From: Bdellovibrionales bacterium
Lineage (GTDB): Bacteria > Bdellovibrionota > Bdellovibrionia > Bdellovibrionales > UBA1609
Direction of reading: 5' to 3'
Length of the DNA stretch: 64,000 nt
NCBI GenBank assembly: GCA_965205945.1
Contig: CBDBIB010000001.1
Span: 160,001 to 224,000 of the forward strand
Of this stretch, positions 1 to 9,893 are shown one piece after another. The translations under genes and the position numbers were made by a program. The notes below the pieces were generated by a model. It worked only from the letters and a program-made list of their open reading frames with translations. It was not told where the DNA came from and ran no database searches. How positions within the stretch are numbered: position 1 is the stretch's first letter; each line of letters starts with the position of its first letter.

Positions 1-81
1 AGTAAATTCTGTAGTAAGCCCATTAAGGTCTCTTATGTTTAAAAGGTCAGTTTTTATTTGTTCTAAGTTAATTTTTGTCAT
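1..81 (-). CDS. 5' part of a gene running off the window edge (MTKINLEQIKTDLLNIRDLNGLTTEFT...), product unknown
   Basis: ATG at 81 on the minus strand with an AGGAGAGG Shine-Dalgarno upstream; frame open to the window edge. Confidence 0.6.
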   Translation of the reverse strand, partial: MTKINLEQIKTDLLNIRDLNGLTTEFT

Positions 82-156
82 ATTTTAGCCTCTCCTTAAA
101 GGCAATTTATCAAAAGAAGCTTTCCCGTCAAGCCTTAACAATGTAAAAGTATATAA

Positions 157-1071
157 ATGGAACTAAATCTTAATTGTTACAGAAATTGGCTTAAATTTTT
201 AAAAAAGATCTCAAAATATTTTGAATCAGAAGGTTTTTTAAACGTTAGAACCCCAACATTAGTTCCCTCTGGAGCTATGGAGTCAACACTTATGGCCTTT
301 AAGGTGAAAGGAGAGGACTTATATCTTGCAACAAGTCCTGAGTTTGCACTAAAAAAACTGTGGCTTTCAGGCTTTGGTAAAAAGCTTTTTGAAATTTCAC
401 AAAGTTTTAGAAAAGAAAAATTAGGGGCGCTGCACCTTTTAGAGTTTACAATGCTTGAATTTTATGTAGCTGAGGAGAGTTTTGAATCTCTTAAAGATCG
501 AACTTTAAACTTTTTTAAAAAATTTTTTCAAAATCTAGAGCAAAAGAAGGTGAAGCTTGATGAGGCTTTTTATACTTTTACAGGCTTTAAGCTTAAACCG
601 GATTCAGATAAAGATTTTTTAAAAAAAACTCTTGATTTTCATAATATCAAATATGGAGAAACTTACTTATGGAATGACCTTTATCAAATGGTATATCTTC
701 ATTTAATTGAACCACTATTGTGCAAAGAATCTTTATTATTATTAGAAAATTATCCACCACAGTTAGCGGTTCTTGCAAAAATTAGTCAAGAAGGTTGGGC
801 TCAAAGATTTGAAGTTTTTTATAAAGGTGTTGAACTTGGTAATGGTTATGATGAGCTTTTTTGTGAAAAAGAGATACAAAAACGTTGGATAAAGGAAAAT
901 AAAGACAGGGTGATTTTAGGGTTTGATGAGCACCCTATTGATCAAGTTTTAATTGAATTGACTAAAAAGACAAAGCTTAAACAAGGTGTTGGAATTGCTA
1001 TAGGGCTTGAAAGGGTATTTAGTTTAATTTCAGGTATTGAAAATAAAAATATAAAAATGTGGCCTTTTTAA
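157..1071 (+). CDS. epmA: EF-P beta-lysyl ligase (EpmA/GenX/PoxA), LysRS catalytic-domain paralog
   Basis: YLATSPEFALKKL, FR.E...H..EFTMLEFY, RFEVFYKGVELGNGYDEL and GIAIGLERV motifs; no anticodon-binding domain. Confidence 0.9.
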   Translation: MELNLNCYRNWLKFLKKISKYFESEGFLNVRTPTLVPSGAMESTLMAFKVKGEDLYLATSPEFALKKLWLSGFGKKLFEISQSFRKEKLGALHLLEFTMLEFYVAEESFESLKDRTLNFFKKFFQNLEQKKVKLDEAFYTFTGFKLKPDSDKDFLKKTLDFHNIKYGETYLWNDLYQMVYLHLIEPLLCKESLLLLENYPPQLAVLAKISQEGWAQRFEVFYKGVELGNGYDELFCEKEIQKRWIKENKDRVILGFDEHPIDQVLIELTKKTKLKQGVGIAIGLERVFSLISGIENKNIKMWPF

Positions 1072-1088
1072 ATAGGAGCTTTAATTAA

Positions 1089-2249
1089 ATGATTAAACTT
1101 AAGCTAACACGAGCACTTAGAAAAAAGTTAAAACAAGGACATCCGTGGGTGTATAAGGATGCCTTTAAACTAATAGGAGGTGATTCTCCAAGAGAACCTT
1201 CTTTTGCAAGTATGACAGATACAAAGGGTGAGATATGTAAGGGCATTTACGATCCAACAAGTAGGCTTGGATTTCGGATATTAGGCTTTACTTTTATGTC
1301 TACAAAGGAAATAAAAAAAGAACTGATTAAAGCTTATGACATAAGAAAAGCGTTAAAAACTTTAAAAACCAATGCCTATCGTTTGATTGCAGGTGAAGGT
1401 GATGGTTTTGCCGGTTTTATTTGTGATATTTATGATAGTATTGTTATTTTTCAATTTGATGGCGAAGGGATACAAAAATTTTGGCTAAATCTTCCTATTG
1501 CAAATTTAATTTTAAACTTAGATAAGAAATTTAAAACGGTTGTACTTAAATCTAGAGAAAATAAAAATGAATTAAAACTTTTAGCTGGAAATGCTTTAAA
1601 GAAAACTACGATTAGATTTAAAGAAAATAATATTTTTTTTGAGACTGATTTAGTGAAAGCTCAAAAAACAGGTTTTTTTTTAGATCAAAGAGATAATAGA
1701 GAGTATGTAAGAAACTTAAGTAAAGGAAAAATTGTTTGGAATATATTTTCATATACAGGGGGTTTTTCTATATATTCTGGAATGGGTGGAGCTTTAAAGG
1801 TCTATAGCATTGATATTTCAAAAGGAGCTATTAAACAAGCTATGATTAATTGGGAAATCAATGGTTTACCTAAAGATAAACATGAAGGAATGTGTTGTGA
1901 TGCTTTTGAATTTTTAAAGATTAAGCATAAAATAAAAGCTGATCTTATTATTGTTGATCCTCCATCAATGACTTCATCTAAAGACTCAAAAGAGTTGGCA
2001 GTTAAAAAATATGTAAATCTTTTTTCCAATGCAGCAAGACATGTAAAAAGTGGTGGAGATTTAGTTTTAAGTTCATGCTCTAGTCAAATATCGTTTCAAG
2101 ATTTTAAAAAGATTATTTTAAATGCCTTATCTTTATCCAATAAAAAAGGCAAGGTATTAAGAATCTCAGGACAGGGATTAGATCACCCATATCCACATGC
2201 CTGTGAAGAGCTTTGTTATTTAAAGTTCATACATATAGTTTTAGACTAA
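1089..2249 (+). CDS. rlmI: RlmI-family SAM-dependent 23S rRNA m5C methyltransferase
   Basis: GHPWVY PUA-like start, GEGDG, QKTGFFLDQRDNR, FSYTGGFS, DPPS, SCS. Confidence 0.85.
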   Translation: MIKLKLTRALRKKLKQGHPWVYKDAFKLIGGDSPREPSFASMTDTKGEICKGIYDPTSRLGFRILGFTFMSTKEIKKELIKAYDIRKALKTLKTNAYRLIAGEGDGFAGFICDIYDSIVIFQFDGEGIQKFWLNLPIANLILNLDKKFKTVVLKSRENKNELKLLAGNALKKTTIRFKENNIFFETDLVKAQKTGFFLDQRDNREYVRNLSKGKIVWNIFSYTGGFSIYSGMGGALKVYSIDISKGAIKQAMINWEINGLPKDKHEGMCCDAFEFLKIKHKIKADLIIVDPPSMTSSKDSKELAVKKYVNLFSNAARHVKSGGDLVLSSCSSQISFQDFKKIILNALSLSNKKGKVLRISGQGLDHPYPHACEELCYLKFIHIVLD

Positions 2250-2251
2250 AA

Positions 2252-2851
2252 TTATTTTCTAAGAAGAACTGTTGCCATAATAGCAAAGTAGGAGTCTGTA
2301 TTTTTAATATCGAACCCACCCTCAGTAGAAAAAGACATGTAGGTTATAGAATCAAACTTAATTTTTGAGCCTATTACAAATTGTGAAGTCATGCTTGAAT
2401 TCGAACTAGCAGCTAGCACACCTAGTGGAAGAACTATATAGGGCTCTAAAAGACCTAGCTCCCATGAAAATTCTTTACTCATAAATGGAGCTACTCTGAA
2501 TAAAAAAGCGCTAATGCTATCATCTTTTTTGTACTCAGCACTTATAAGGCCGCCAAAATTAAACTGATTTTTAAGGTTTATTTTAACAGGAACCCACTTT
2601 AAGTTGCCACCAACACTAAAATTTAAAGAAGCAACCCCACCGTGAAATTGAAGATTTGTTTCTTGGGTAAATGGAAGATCAATCTTTCCTATTAAATGTG
2701 CGCCCTTTCGCTCTCCAGAAAAAAACTTACTAACAGCTGAAAGGTTATATTCACTATCACTTAAAAGGGATGATGAATTTAAAAAAGTTTCATAAGAAAA
2801 GGCGTTAACAGAAAAAAGAATAATTGGTATTAGTTTAATTATGTATTTCAT
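2252..2851 (-). CDS. Hypothetical exported protein, probable outer-membrane beta-barrel
   Basis: Signal peptide (NAFS) followed by alternating amphipathic beta-strand pattern. Confidence 0.6.
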   Translation of the reverse strand: MKYIIKLIPIILFSVNAFSYETFLNSSSLLSDSEYNLSAVSKFFSGERKGAHLIGKIDLPFTQETNLQFHGGVASLNFSVGGNLKWVPVKINLKNQFNFGGLISAEYKKDDSISAFLFRVAPFMSKEFSWELGLLEPYIVLPLGVLAASSNSSMTSQFVIGSKIKFDSITYMSFSTEGGFDIKNTDSYFAIMATVLLRK

Positions 2852-3096
2852 AGTAAGTTTACTTTAGAATATAAGAAATTAGAAAGCTAATGTTTTTTAC
2901 ACTATTAAAAAGGCATAAACAGCTGCCGTATTTTTAAGCAATATACTTATTATACTAAATTAGATTATCGGGGCCATCTAAATAAAAATACTTAGGATCA
3001 TTTAAGTAAGGTAGCAGTTGATACTCTATTTACATTGTAGTGGCTTAAAATTGATCATATAACTTAACTAGAATAATGATTTTATAGGGGTTTAAA

Positions 3097-3375
3097 ATGG
3101 AAGAAGCAAAAGGTTGGAATAAGATTATTAACGCTTTGGGTAAAGAGGCATTGAAAAAAGATTTTTTTTTTAAAGATTTTAAAGAAGCATTTTCTTTTAT
3201 GACATCTGTAGCTACTAAGGCTGAAGAAATATGTCATCACCCTGAGTGGTTTAATGTGTATAATAAAGTTTTAGTTGAACTCACAACTCATGATATAGGA
3301 AGGATTTCTAAAAAAGATATCATTATGGCTGAGTTTATGAATAAAGAGGCTTGTAAATTAAGTAACGCAAATTAA
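3097..3375 (+). CDS. phhB: Pterin-4a-carbinolamine dehydratase
   Basis: HHPEWFNVYNKV.V.LTTHD motif. Confidence 0.92.
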   Translation: MEEAKGWNKIINALGKEALKKDFFFKDFKEAFSFMTSVATKAEEICHHPEWFNVYNKVLVELTTHDIGRISKKDIIMAEFMNKEACKLSNAN

Positions 3376-3794
3376 TAGTTAGAGTTCATTTTTAAAAAAA
3401 AAATCTTTAAATACCTCATCTTTTTGTTTTTCTACATCCGCTTATACAATCAAACCTCTGCATTGAAATATTCGTTGTAGAGACTCTTAGCCTCATTGTT
3501 ATTTATAATAATAAAATTAGTTGCCATAAAACCTTTAGTAAGCTTACTAAAAAAGGATACTGCCTTGCATAAAGCAGATCTCTTAAAGTCAGCTCCTATT
3601 CATCAAAAAAATAAACTAATAAGGGTTACAACGTGTAAAATTAAGTTTTCCACCACGAGTCTAAAAAGCTAAAGTTCTAATTAAAAAAACCATTACACAC
3701 GGTAATACCAAAAACATCCCATAAACTGATATCTTAATCAAAAAAAGTTATTAAGAATTAAAAAAAACTCCTGATAAGTTAAAATATTAAAAAC

Positions 3795-4739
3795 TTATTT
3801 AGTAGGCTTAAACCAACAAAGTGGCCTTAAACCGTAGTCAAATCCTTCAGCTCTATTACATGTACTAACTTTTGCATCTGTGTCACTAAGCTCTAAATTA
3901 AAATCTAAATTACAAAGTGAACCAGCAAAATAAGTATCCACTCTACACTGAGCCTTAGGATGCTTATGATCAGTTTCTACAACAACCGTTTCATCCGGAG
4001 TGTGTAAACTAATATGCTGTTCAGCATTTTTTACTGAACCCAATAATCTACCTAAGGACAGGCCTCCAAGAACAACTCTTCTGCATGCAGAAAAGGCAGT
4101 TTCTTTAATTTCTTCTTTTTCCTCACCTTCTTCTTGAGCAAACCTTTCAGCACATTTTTTATCAGCTAAGGCTAACTCCTCAGTTTCATAAGTATAAATA
4201 TCCGGCGAAGCTACTTTAAGCCCTGCCTCCTGCCCTTCTAAAATAAGTTTATTCATACATTTAAACGTAGCAAAATAATCAGATTGACCTTCATTAGAAG
4301 CCCAAGACCCCCACCAACTAAGCACTTTAGGGGCTCCACCAAGGTGATGGCCAATCTCATGACAAACAACTATTCTAAAGGAATCTAGAGTTGAATGCTC
4401 GTGTCTTGCAAGACCACCGTAAATATTAATAATCCAATTATCACCAAACTGTTGAGCAGAAGCGTTTACTTTATCATTCGTCCATAATTTATTTATTGTG
4501 AATTCCTTGCCTAAAGCTTGAAAAACTGGTGTATACACAGTTTCTATTTCAGATAACGCTAACATAAAATCTTCTTCAGAGATTCCTACAGGTGTACTAC
4601 CTTCTTCTAATAGGCCCTTAAATACAGGTATTCTCACATCTATATCTGTAAAGCAGTTATTAGCCTCTAAATAATGACTGCTTCCAACACTTTGTGTAAA
4701 AAATAGTAATAATAAGCCAAACCCTTTGATTCTTAACAC
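3795..4739 (-). CDS. Secreted zinc metallopeptidase (gluzincin type, M48-like)
   Basis: Signal peptide, HEIGHH, downstream NEGQSDYFA third-ligand motif, Cys-rich C-terminus. Confidence 0.75.
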   Translation of the reverse strand: MLRIKGFGLLLLFFTQSVGSSHYLEANNCFTDIDVRIPVFKGLLEEGSTPVGISEEDFMLALSEIETVYTPVFQALGKEFTINKLWTNDKVNASAQQFGDNWIINIYGGLARHEHSTLDSFRIVVCHEIGHHLGGAPKVLSWWGSWASNEGQSDYFATFKCMNKLILEGQEAGLKVASPDIYTYETEELALADKKCAERFAQEEGEEKEEIKETAFSACRRVVLGGLSLGRLLGSVKNAEQHISLHTPDETVVVETDHKHPKAQCRVDTYFAGSLCNLDFNLELSDTDAKVSTCNRAEGFDYGLRPLCWFKPTK

Positions 4740-4939
4740 AGCATTCTCCTCTTAACATTTATTTAAAGAGCTTTTATTTTTAAAAATTTTATTAGTTTCC
4801 ACCAATAAATAAACTCACCCCTAGCTATAAAATTTATTAATATCTTTAGAACCCCCCATGATTGCTGTATTTCATTTCTTGTATTAAACTTATAAGTTAT
4901 ACGTTTAATACTAAATCTAGACCTTTAAAGGGGTATAAC

Positions 4940-6370
4940 ATGTTAAAAGCTGCTAAAGTTCAAACAAAAATCAGTAAAAAACCTCTAAAATACCCCGCCC
5001 TATTTACAGCAAAAACACCTAAAGAGTGCTTAAAAATTCTGAATCAAAATGACGTTAAGCTTTATGATTGGCAAAAAAAAATTCTAAATGAAAATAAAAT
5101 TTCTTATTTTGAAACTGAAAAAGGTTTAGTTTCAACTCTGATTTTTAAAGAGTTTAAGTCTAAATCTGATTCTGTACCTGGACAGTTTAGCGTTGATACT
5201 TATAGTTTTTATAGAGATAATGTCTTAACCTGGCTTAAAAAAATAAACTTCTCTGATTTTTCTTTCATTGCTTCAGAAAAAATATCGTCAAAAGCTTTTA
5301 AAGGTTTCGGTGTTGGAGTAACACTTTCTTCTTATAACTTTAAAAAAAAAAGATCTCTAACAATACTTTTACCTAAAGCCAATAAAAATTTAGAAACTGG
5401 AATACAGAAAGGATACTGTATTAACGATGCAAGGTATCTTATAGACACTCCTTCTAATATTCTTGATCCTAAAAAATTTAAAAACCTAATTGTTAAAGAG
5501 TTTGATAACACAGCTAATTTTAAAGTTAAATTTTTAGATAAAAATCAAATTAAAAAACATGGATACGGACTGATTTTAGGTGTCGGTCAGGGTTCTAAAG
5601 AAGGCCCATACTTAGTTCATGTAAGCTATCGTAAGAAAGGTGCTAAAAAAACCTGTGCCGGAGTTGGAAAAGGTGTCACCTTTGATACCGGTGGAAATGA
5701 CTTAAAACCTTCTCAATTTATGAGATGGATGAAAAAAGATATGGGAGGTGCGGCTGCTCTTTTTGGTTTAGCAAAATCTATTAAAATCTTTAAACCCAAT
5801 ATAAATTTTGATTTTGTTTTTGCTCTTGCTGAAAACTCTGTTTCAAGCAATGCTTTTAGACCTGGAGATGTTCTCACAGCTCAAAATGGCTTAGATGTGG
5901 AAATCCATAACACTGACGCTGAAGGGCGCTTAGTTCTTGCCAGTGGGTTTAACTATTTAAATACGTTAAACGTCAAGTTTAACTGCTGCTTTGATGTGGC
6001 AACTCTTACAGGTGCTATTAAAGTTGGTTTAGACGATAAACTTGGAGGTCTTTTTTCAAACAGTCAAAAGCTTGGAGAGCAGATTTTTCAAGCCTCTAAA
6101 AAATCAGGTGATCCTTTATGGCTTATGCCTCTTCCACGCTGGACAAAATCAAAACTAGATTCTACAGTTGCAGATGTAGTAAACTGCACTGATGGATACG
6201 GTGGAGCTATTTTAGCTGCAGAGTTTTTAAAGTTTTTTATTCCCAAAAAAACACCGTGGTTTCATTTAGATATTTATGCTTGGACTGAAAGTTCAAGAGA
6301 CGCTTTTTCTTTAAAAGGAGGAACAGGACAAGGTGTCCAAATTTTACAACAGTATTTTTTAAATATTTAA
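4940..6370 (+). CDS. pepA: Leucyl aminopeptidase (M17)
   Basis: GKGVTFDTGG, MKKDMGG and NTDAEGRL motifs; ATG 4940 after AGGGG preferred over the track start at 4862. Confidence 0.9.
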   Translation: MLKAAKVQTKISKKPLKYPALFTAKTPKECLKILNQNDVKLYDWQKKILNENKISYFETEKGLVSTLIFKEFKSKSDSVPGQFSVDTYSFYRDNVLTWLKKINFSDFSFIASEKISSKAFKGFGVGVTLSSYNFKKKRSLTILLPKANKNLETGIQKGYCINDARYLIDTPSNILDPKKFKNLIVKEFDNTANFKVKFLDKNQIKKHGYGLILGVGQGSKEGPYLVHVSYRKKGAKKTCAGVGKGVTFDTGGNDLKPSQFMRWMKKDMGGAAALFGLAKSIKIFKPNINFDFVFALAENSVSSNAFRPGDVLTAQNGLDVEIHNTDAEGRLVLASGFNYLNTLNVKFNCCFDVATLTGAIKVGLDDKLGGLFSNSQKLGEQIFQASKKSGDPLWLMPLPRWTKSKLDSTVADVVNCTDGYGGAILAAEFLKFFIPKKTPWFHLDIYAWTESSRDAFSLKGGTGQGVQILQQYFLNI

Positions 6371-6472
6371 ATCTCTGTGATAAAAAAATGCAAATAATCT
6401 TTAAATTCTAACGAATTTTAAAAATCTCAGAGTACACAAAATAAATTATAGACTCGACTCTTACTCATAGCC

Positions 6473-7880
6473 CTAATATAAATAAACCGCACCTGAGTTA
6501 TTGGCTGAATTATCACCTTGATCACCATTAACACCTGTTGCATTACTGCTCTCATTAATTGCCCCCACAGCCAAGGTGCTGCCATCACTACTTAAGCTAA
6601 TACTAGTACCAAACTCATCATTTCCACCCGTATTACTAGCTTTAATGTAAGCTTCTTGAGCCCAAACTTCCTCCCTGCGGGTAAACACATAAACCGCACC
6701 TGATCCACTGGCTAAATTATTATCTTCACCATCAACACCTGTTGCATTACTGCTCTCATTAATTGCCCCCACAACTAAGGTGTTGCCATCACTACTTAAG
6801 CTAATACTAGTACCAAATCTATCATCCTCTTCTGTATTACTGGCTTTAATGTAAGCTTCTTGAGCCCAAACTTCCTCCCTGCGGGCAAACACATAAACCG
6901 CACCTGAGTTATTGGCTGAATTATCACCTTGATCACCATCAACACCTGTTGCATCACTACTCTCATTAATTGCCCCCACAGCCAAGGTGTTGCCATCACT
7001 ACTTAAGCTAATACTAGTACCAAACTCATCATTTCCACCCGTATTACTAGCTTTAATGTAAGCTTCTTGAGCCCAAACTTCCTCCCTGCGGGCAAACACA
7101 TAAACCGCACCTGAGTTATTGGCTGAATTATCACCTTGATCACCATCAACACCTGTTGCGTCACTATCCTCTCTATTTGCCCCCACAGCCAAGGTGTTAC
7201 CATCACTACTTAAGCTAAGGTGAAAGCCAAAACCATCACTCATGTTCGTATTACTGGCTTTAATGTAAGCTTCTTGAGCCCAAACTTCCTCCCTACGGGT
7301 AAACACATAAACCGCACCTGAGTTATTAGCTGAATTATCATCTTGATCACCATCAACACCTGTTTGACTACTTGCTTCACCAACTGCCCCCACAACTAAG
7401 GTGTTGCCATCAGTACTTAAATCAAGGCTAATGCCAAAACCATCACCCACGCCCGTATTACTGGCTTTAATGTAGGCTTCTTGAGCCCAAACTTCCTCCC
7501 TGCGGGTAAACACATAAACCGCACCTGAAAAACTAGCTGAATCATTATCTTCACCATCAATGCCTGTTACATTACTGTCCTCACTAGTTGCACCCACAGC
7601 CAAGGTGTTGCCGTCATCACTCAAGCTAAGGCTATAGCCAAACATATCACTTAAACCCGTATTACTAGCTTTAATGTAGGCTTCTTGGGCCCAGCCTGCC
7701 TCTGTGTAAATGAACACATAAACAGCACCTGAGCCAAAAGCTGAATTATCATCTTCATCTTGATTAATACTTGTTGCATTGCTGTCCTCACTAGTTGCAC
7801 CCACAGCCAAGGTGCTGCCGTCATCACTCAAGCTAACACTAGCACCAAACTCATCCCCTCTACCCGTATTACTGGCTTTA
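6473..7880. repeat. Seven intragenic tandem repeats of 204-207 bp, several nearly identical
   Basis: taaac(c/a)gcacctga recurs at 6483, 6690, 6894, 7101, 7308, 7515 and 7719. Confidence 0.95.
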
Positions 7881-8248
7881 AAATAACCAATACCACCCAC
7901 TAAGTCAGCAGCATCAATACTTACTGGATCACTTTGAACACAAGTACTAGCATCCTTACAGCTACTAACCTTATACCTGGCATTAATACGCTTATAAAGT
8001 ATGACTGGTAGGTTAAAAGTTGTTCTACCTCCTGAAATATTTTCACCGATTTGACTAAAACCACTGATTCCATTTGGATCTTCTAATAATTTATAAAAGC
8101 TAGCTTGTGTATCAGACCATGAAAATTTAAAAGTTTTAATATCATTAAAACTAATTTTTAATAACGGTTTATTTACATTAGATGATGAGTTACAACTAAC
8201 TATACTTAATGCGAGAATTAGTGCTAATAGTAATTCAATAATTTTCAT
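6473..8248 (-). CDS. FG-GAP/integrin-alpha-like repeat lipoprotein (probable 7-bladed beta-propeller)
   Basis: AGGAG RBS before ATG 8248; lipobox IVSC; seven repeats of FG.S.SLS.DG.TLAVGA...SGAVYVF...YIKASN. Confidence 0.85.
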   Translation of the reverse strand: MKIIELLLALILALSIVSCNSSSNVNKPLLKISFNDIKTFKFSWSDTQASFYKLLEDPNGISGFSQIGENISGGRTTFNLPVILYKRINARYKVSSCKDASTCVQSDPVSIDAADLVGGIGYFKASNTGRGDEFGASVSLSDDGSTLAVGATSEDSNATSINQDEDDNSAFGSGAVYVFIYTEAGWAQEAYIKASNTGLSDMFGYSLSLSDDGNTLAVGATSEDSNVTGIDGEDNDSASFSGAVYVFTRREEVWAQEAYIKASNTGVGDGFGISLDLSTDGNTLVVGAVGEASSQTGVDGDQDDNSANNSGAVYVFTRREEVWAQEAYIKASNTNMSDGFGFHLSLSSDGNTLAVGANREDSDATGVDGDQGDNSANNSGAVYVFARREEVWAQEAYIKASNTGGNDEFGTSISLSSDGNTLAVGAINESSDATGVDGDQGDNSANNSGAVYVFARREEVWAQEAYIKASNTEEDDRFGTSISLSSDGNTLVVGAINESSNATGVDGEDNNLASGSGAVYVFTRREEVWAQEAYIKASNTGGNDEFGTSISLSSDGSTLAVGAINESSNATGVNGDQGDNSANNSGAVYLY

Positions 8249-8971
8249 AGGAATACTCCTCATATGTGTTTACTTTCCATGCTATAATATACTTTTAATT
8301 TAAACCCTTTCTTCTTAAACTTTCTTAATTTTTCTAAAAAATGTTACATTTATTAGCTTAAACTTAAAAAGTTCTCCTATGCTATCATATAAACCTACTT
8401 CGTAAAAATTTTTATTACCCACACTCCTAAACAAAGTAATTTTCTCACCTTAAGTAACGCTCGTTAATAACTTAAAACTCTTAGCCTACTTTATTTAGTA
8501 TAACTAGTCCCAAACTTAGAGTCGGTACTCATCCATATCTTTTTTTAGAATTTAGGTTTGATAACTAAACCTTATTAAAAGACCCTATGCTCTCTTTAAT
8601 GGGACTTATTGTAAAAGAAGAACTTATAAATATTATAATTACTGTATTAACACTAAGCTCTTAATGTAGTTTGTACGAGATAAAAATTAAACGCCGCTAT
8701 CTATTTATTACCCATAACTTCTTTAAAAAACAAAGGCCCACATTATTTAAATAGTTCTTAAAGGCTGTCCAGCAAAGTTACGGTAAACCTGCCAATAATA
8801 GGAAAACTCTTAAACTAAATTTTATAAAATCAGAAAGCATCCTTACTACCCTGTCTTAAAACCCTTTACCACCAAAGACTTTAGATTTTTTTTAAATAAA
8901 AACAAAAAAAGAACGCAAAAAGCTACCCCTATAGTCAATCTCGGGTTAGAACATAAAACAAAGGATTGAAT

Positions 8972-9892
8972 ATGACTAAAAAAGTTCGTGAGATTTTAAG
9001 CTGGTACAGTGCTGATAATCCAGGGGTTGTAACAAATCTTGCTAGAATTTTAAACCACGGAAAACTTGCTGGAACAGGTAAAATGGTTATCCTTCCTGTT
9101 GACCAAGGCTTTGAGCATGGACCGATTAAAACATTTGCAAAAAACCCTGCTGGCTACGATCCTGATTACCACTTTGAGTTAGCTATTGAATCTGGCTGCA
9201 GTGCTTATGCAGCTCCCCTAGGAGCTTTAGAAGCAAGTGCTACAAAATTTGCAAGTGAAATCCCTATGATTTTAAAAATTAATAATTCTGATGCTTTAAA
9301 CTCTGCTAAAGGCTCTCCCATTTCAGCCCTAACTTCTTGTGTAGATGACGCCTTAAAACTAGGTTGTATAGGAATTGGATTTACAATTTACCCTGGATCA
9401 ACCAAAAGAAAACAAATGTATGAAGAGATTGCAAATGCTGCAAGAGCAGCTAAAAAAGTTGGCCTTGTTGTTATAATTTGGTCATATTCAAGAGGTGAAG
9501 AGCTTTCTACAGAGGGTGAAACTGGAATTGATGTAATTTCTTATGCAGCTCAAATAGCAGCTCAACTTGGCGCACACATTATTAAAGTTAAGGCCCCTAC
9601 AGCTCACATTGAACAAGAGGAAAACAAAATTGCTATTAAAGAAAATAACGTTGATATAAGCACTCTTAAAACAAGAACCCAGCTTGTTTTAAAATCTTCT
9701 TTTAATGGAAAACGTATTGTAATTTTTAGTGGTGGGAATAAAAAGAGCACTGAAAAAGTTCTTGCAGAAACTAAAGGCCTTGCTGCTGGTGGAAGCTTTG
9801 GAGCTATCATTGGCCGTAATGCTTTTCAAAGACCTAAAGCTGAAGCTATCAGTTTACTTAACCAGATAATAAAAATTTACCAAAATTCATAA
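8972..9892 (+). CDS. fbaB: Class I fructose-bisphosphate aldolase (DhnA/FbaB type)
   Basis: ILPVDQGFEHGP, AAQLGAHIIKVK, FSGG, GRNAFQR; AAGGA RBS before ATG 8972. Confidence 0.92.
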   Translation: MTKKVREILSWYSADNPGVVTNLARILNHGKLAGTGKMVILPVDQGFEHGPIKTFAKNPAGYDPDYHFELAIESGCSAYAAPLGALEASATKFASEIPMILKINNSDALNSAKGSPISALTSCVDDALKLGCIGIGFTIYPGSTKRKQMYEEIANAARAAKKVGLVVIIWSYSRGEELSTEGETGIDVISYAAQIAAQLGAHIIKVKAPTAHIEQEENKIAIKENNVDISTLKTRTQLVLKSSFNGKRIVIFSGGNKKSTEKVLAETKGLAAGGSFGAIIGRNAFQRPKAEAISLLNQIIKIYQNS

Positions 9893-9893
9893 A

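Noticed and set aside
6796..7206. Two similar 67-aa minus-strand ORFs
   Set aside because: Alternative-frame shadows of the FG-GAP repeats
6473..7880. Regularly spaced repeats as a CRISPR array
   Set aside because: Units are 204-207 bp, in frame, and encode FG-GAP blades; there are no unique spacers or cas genes
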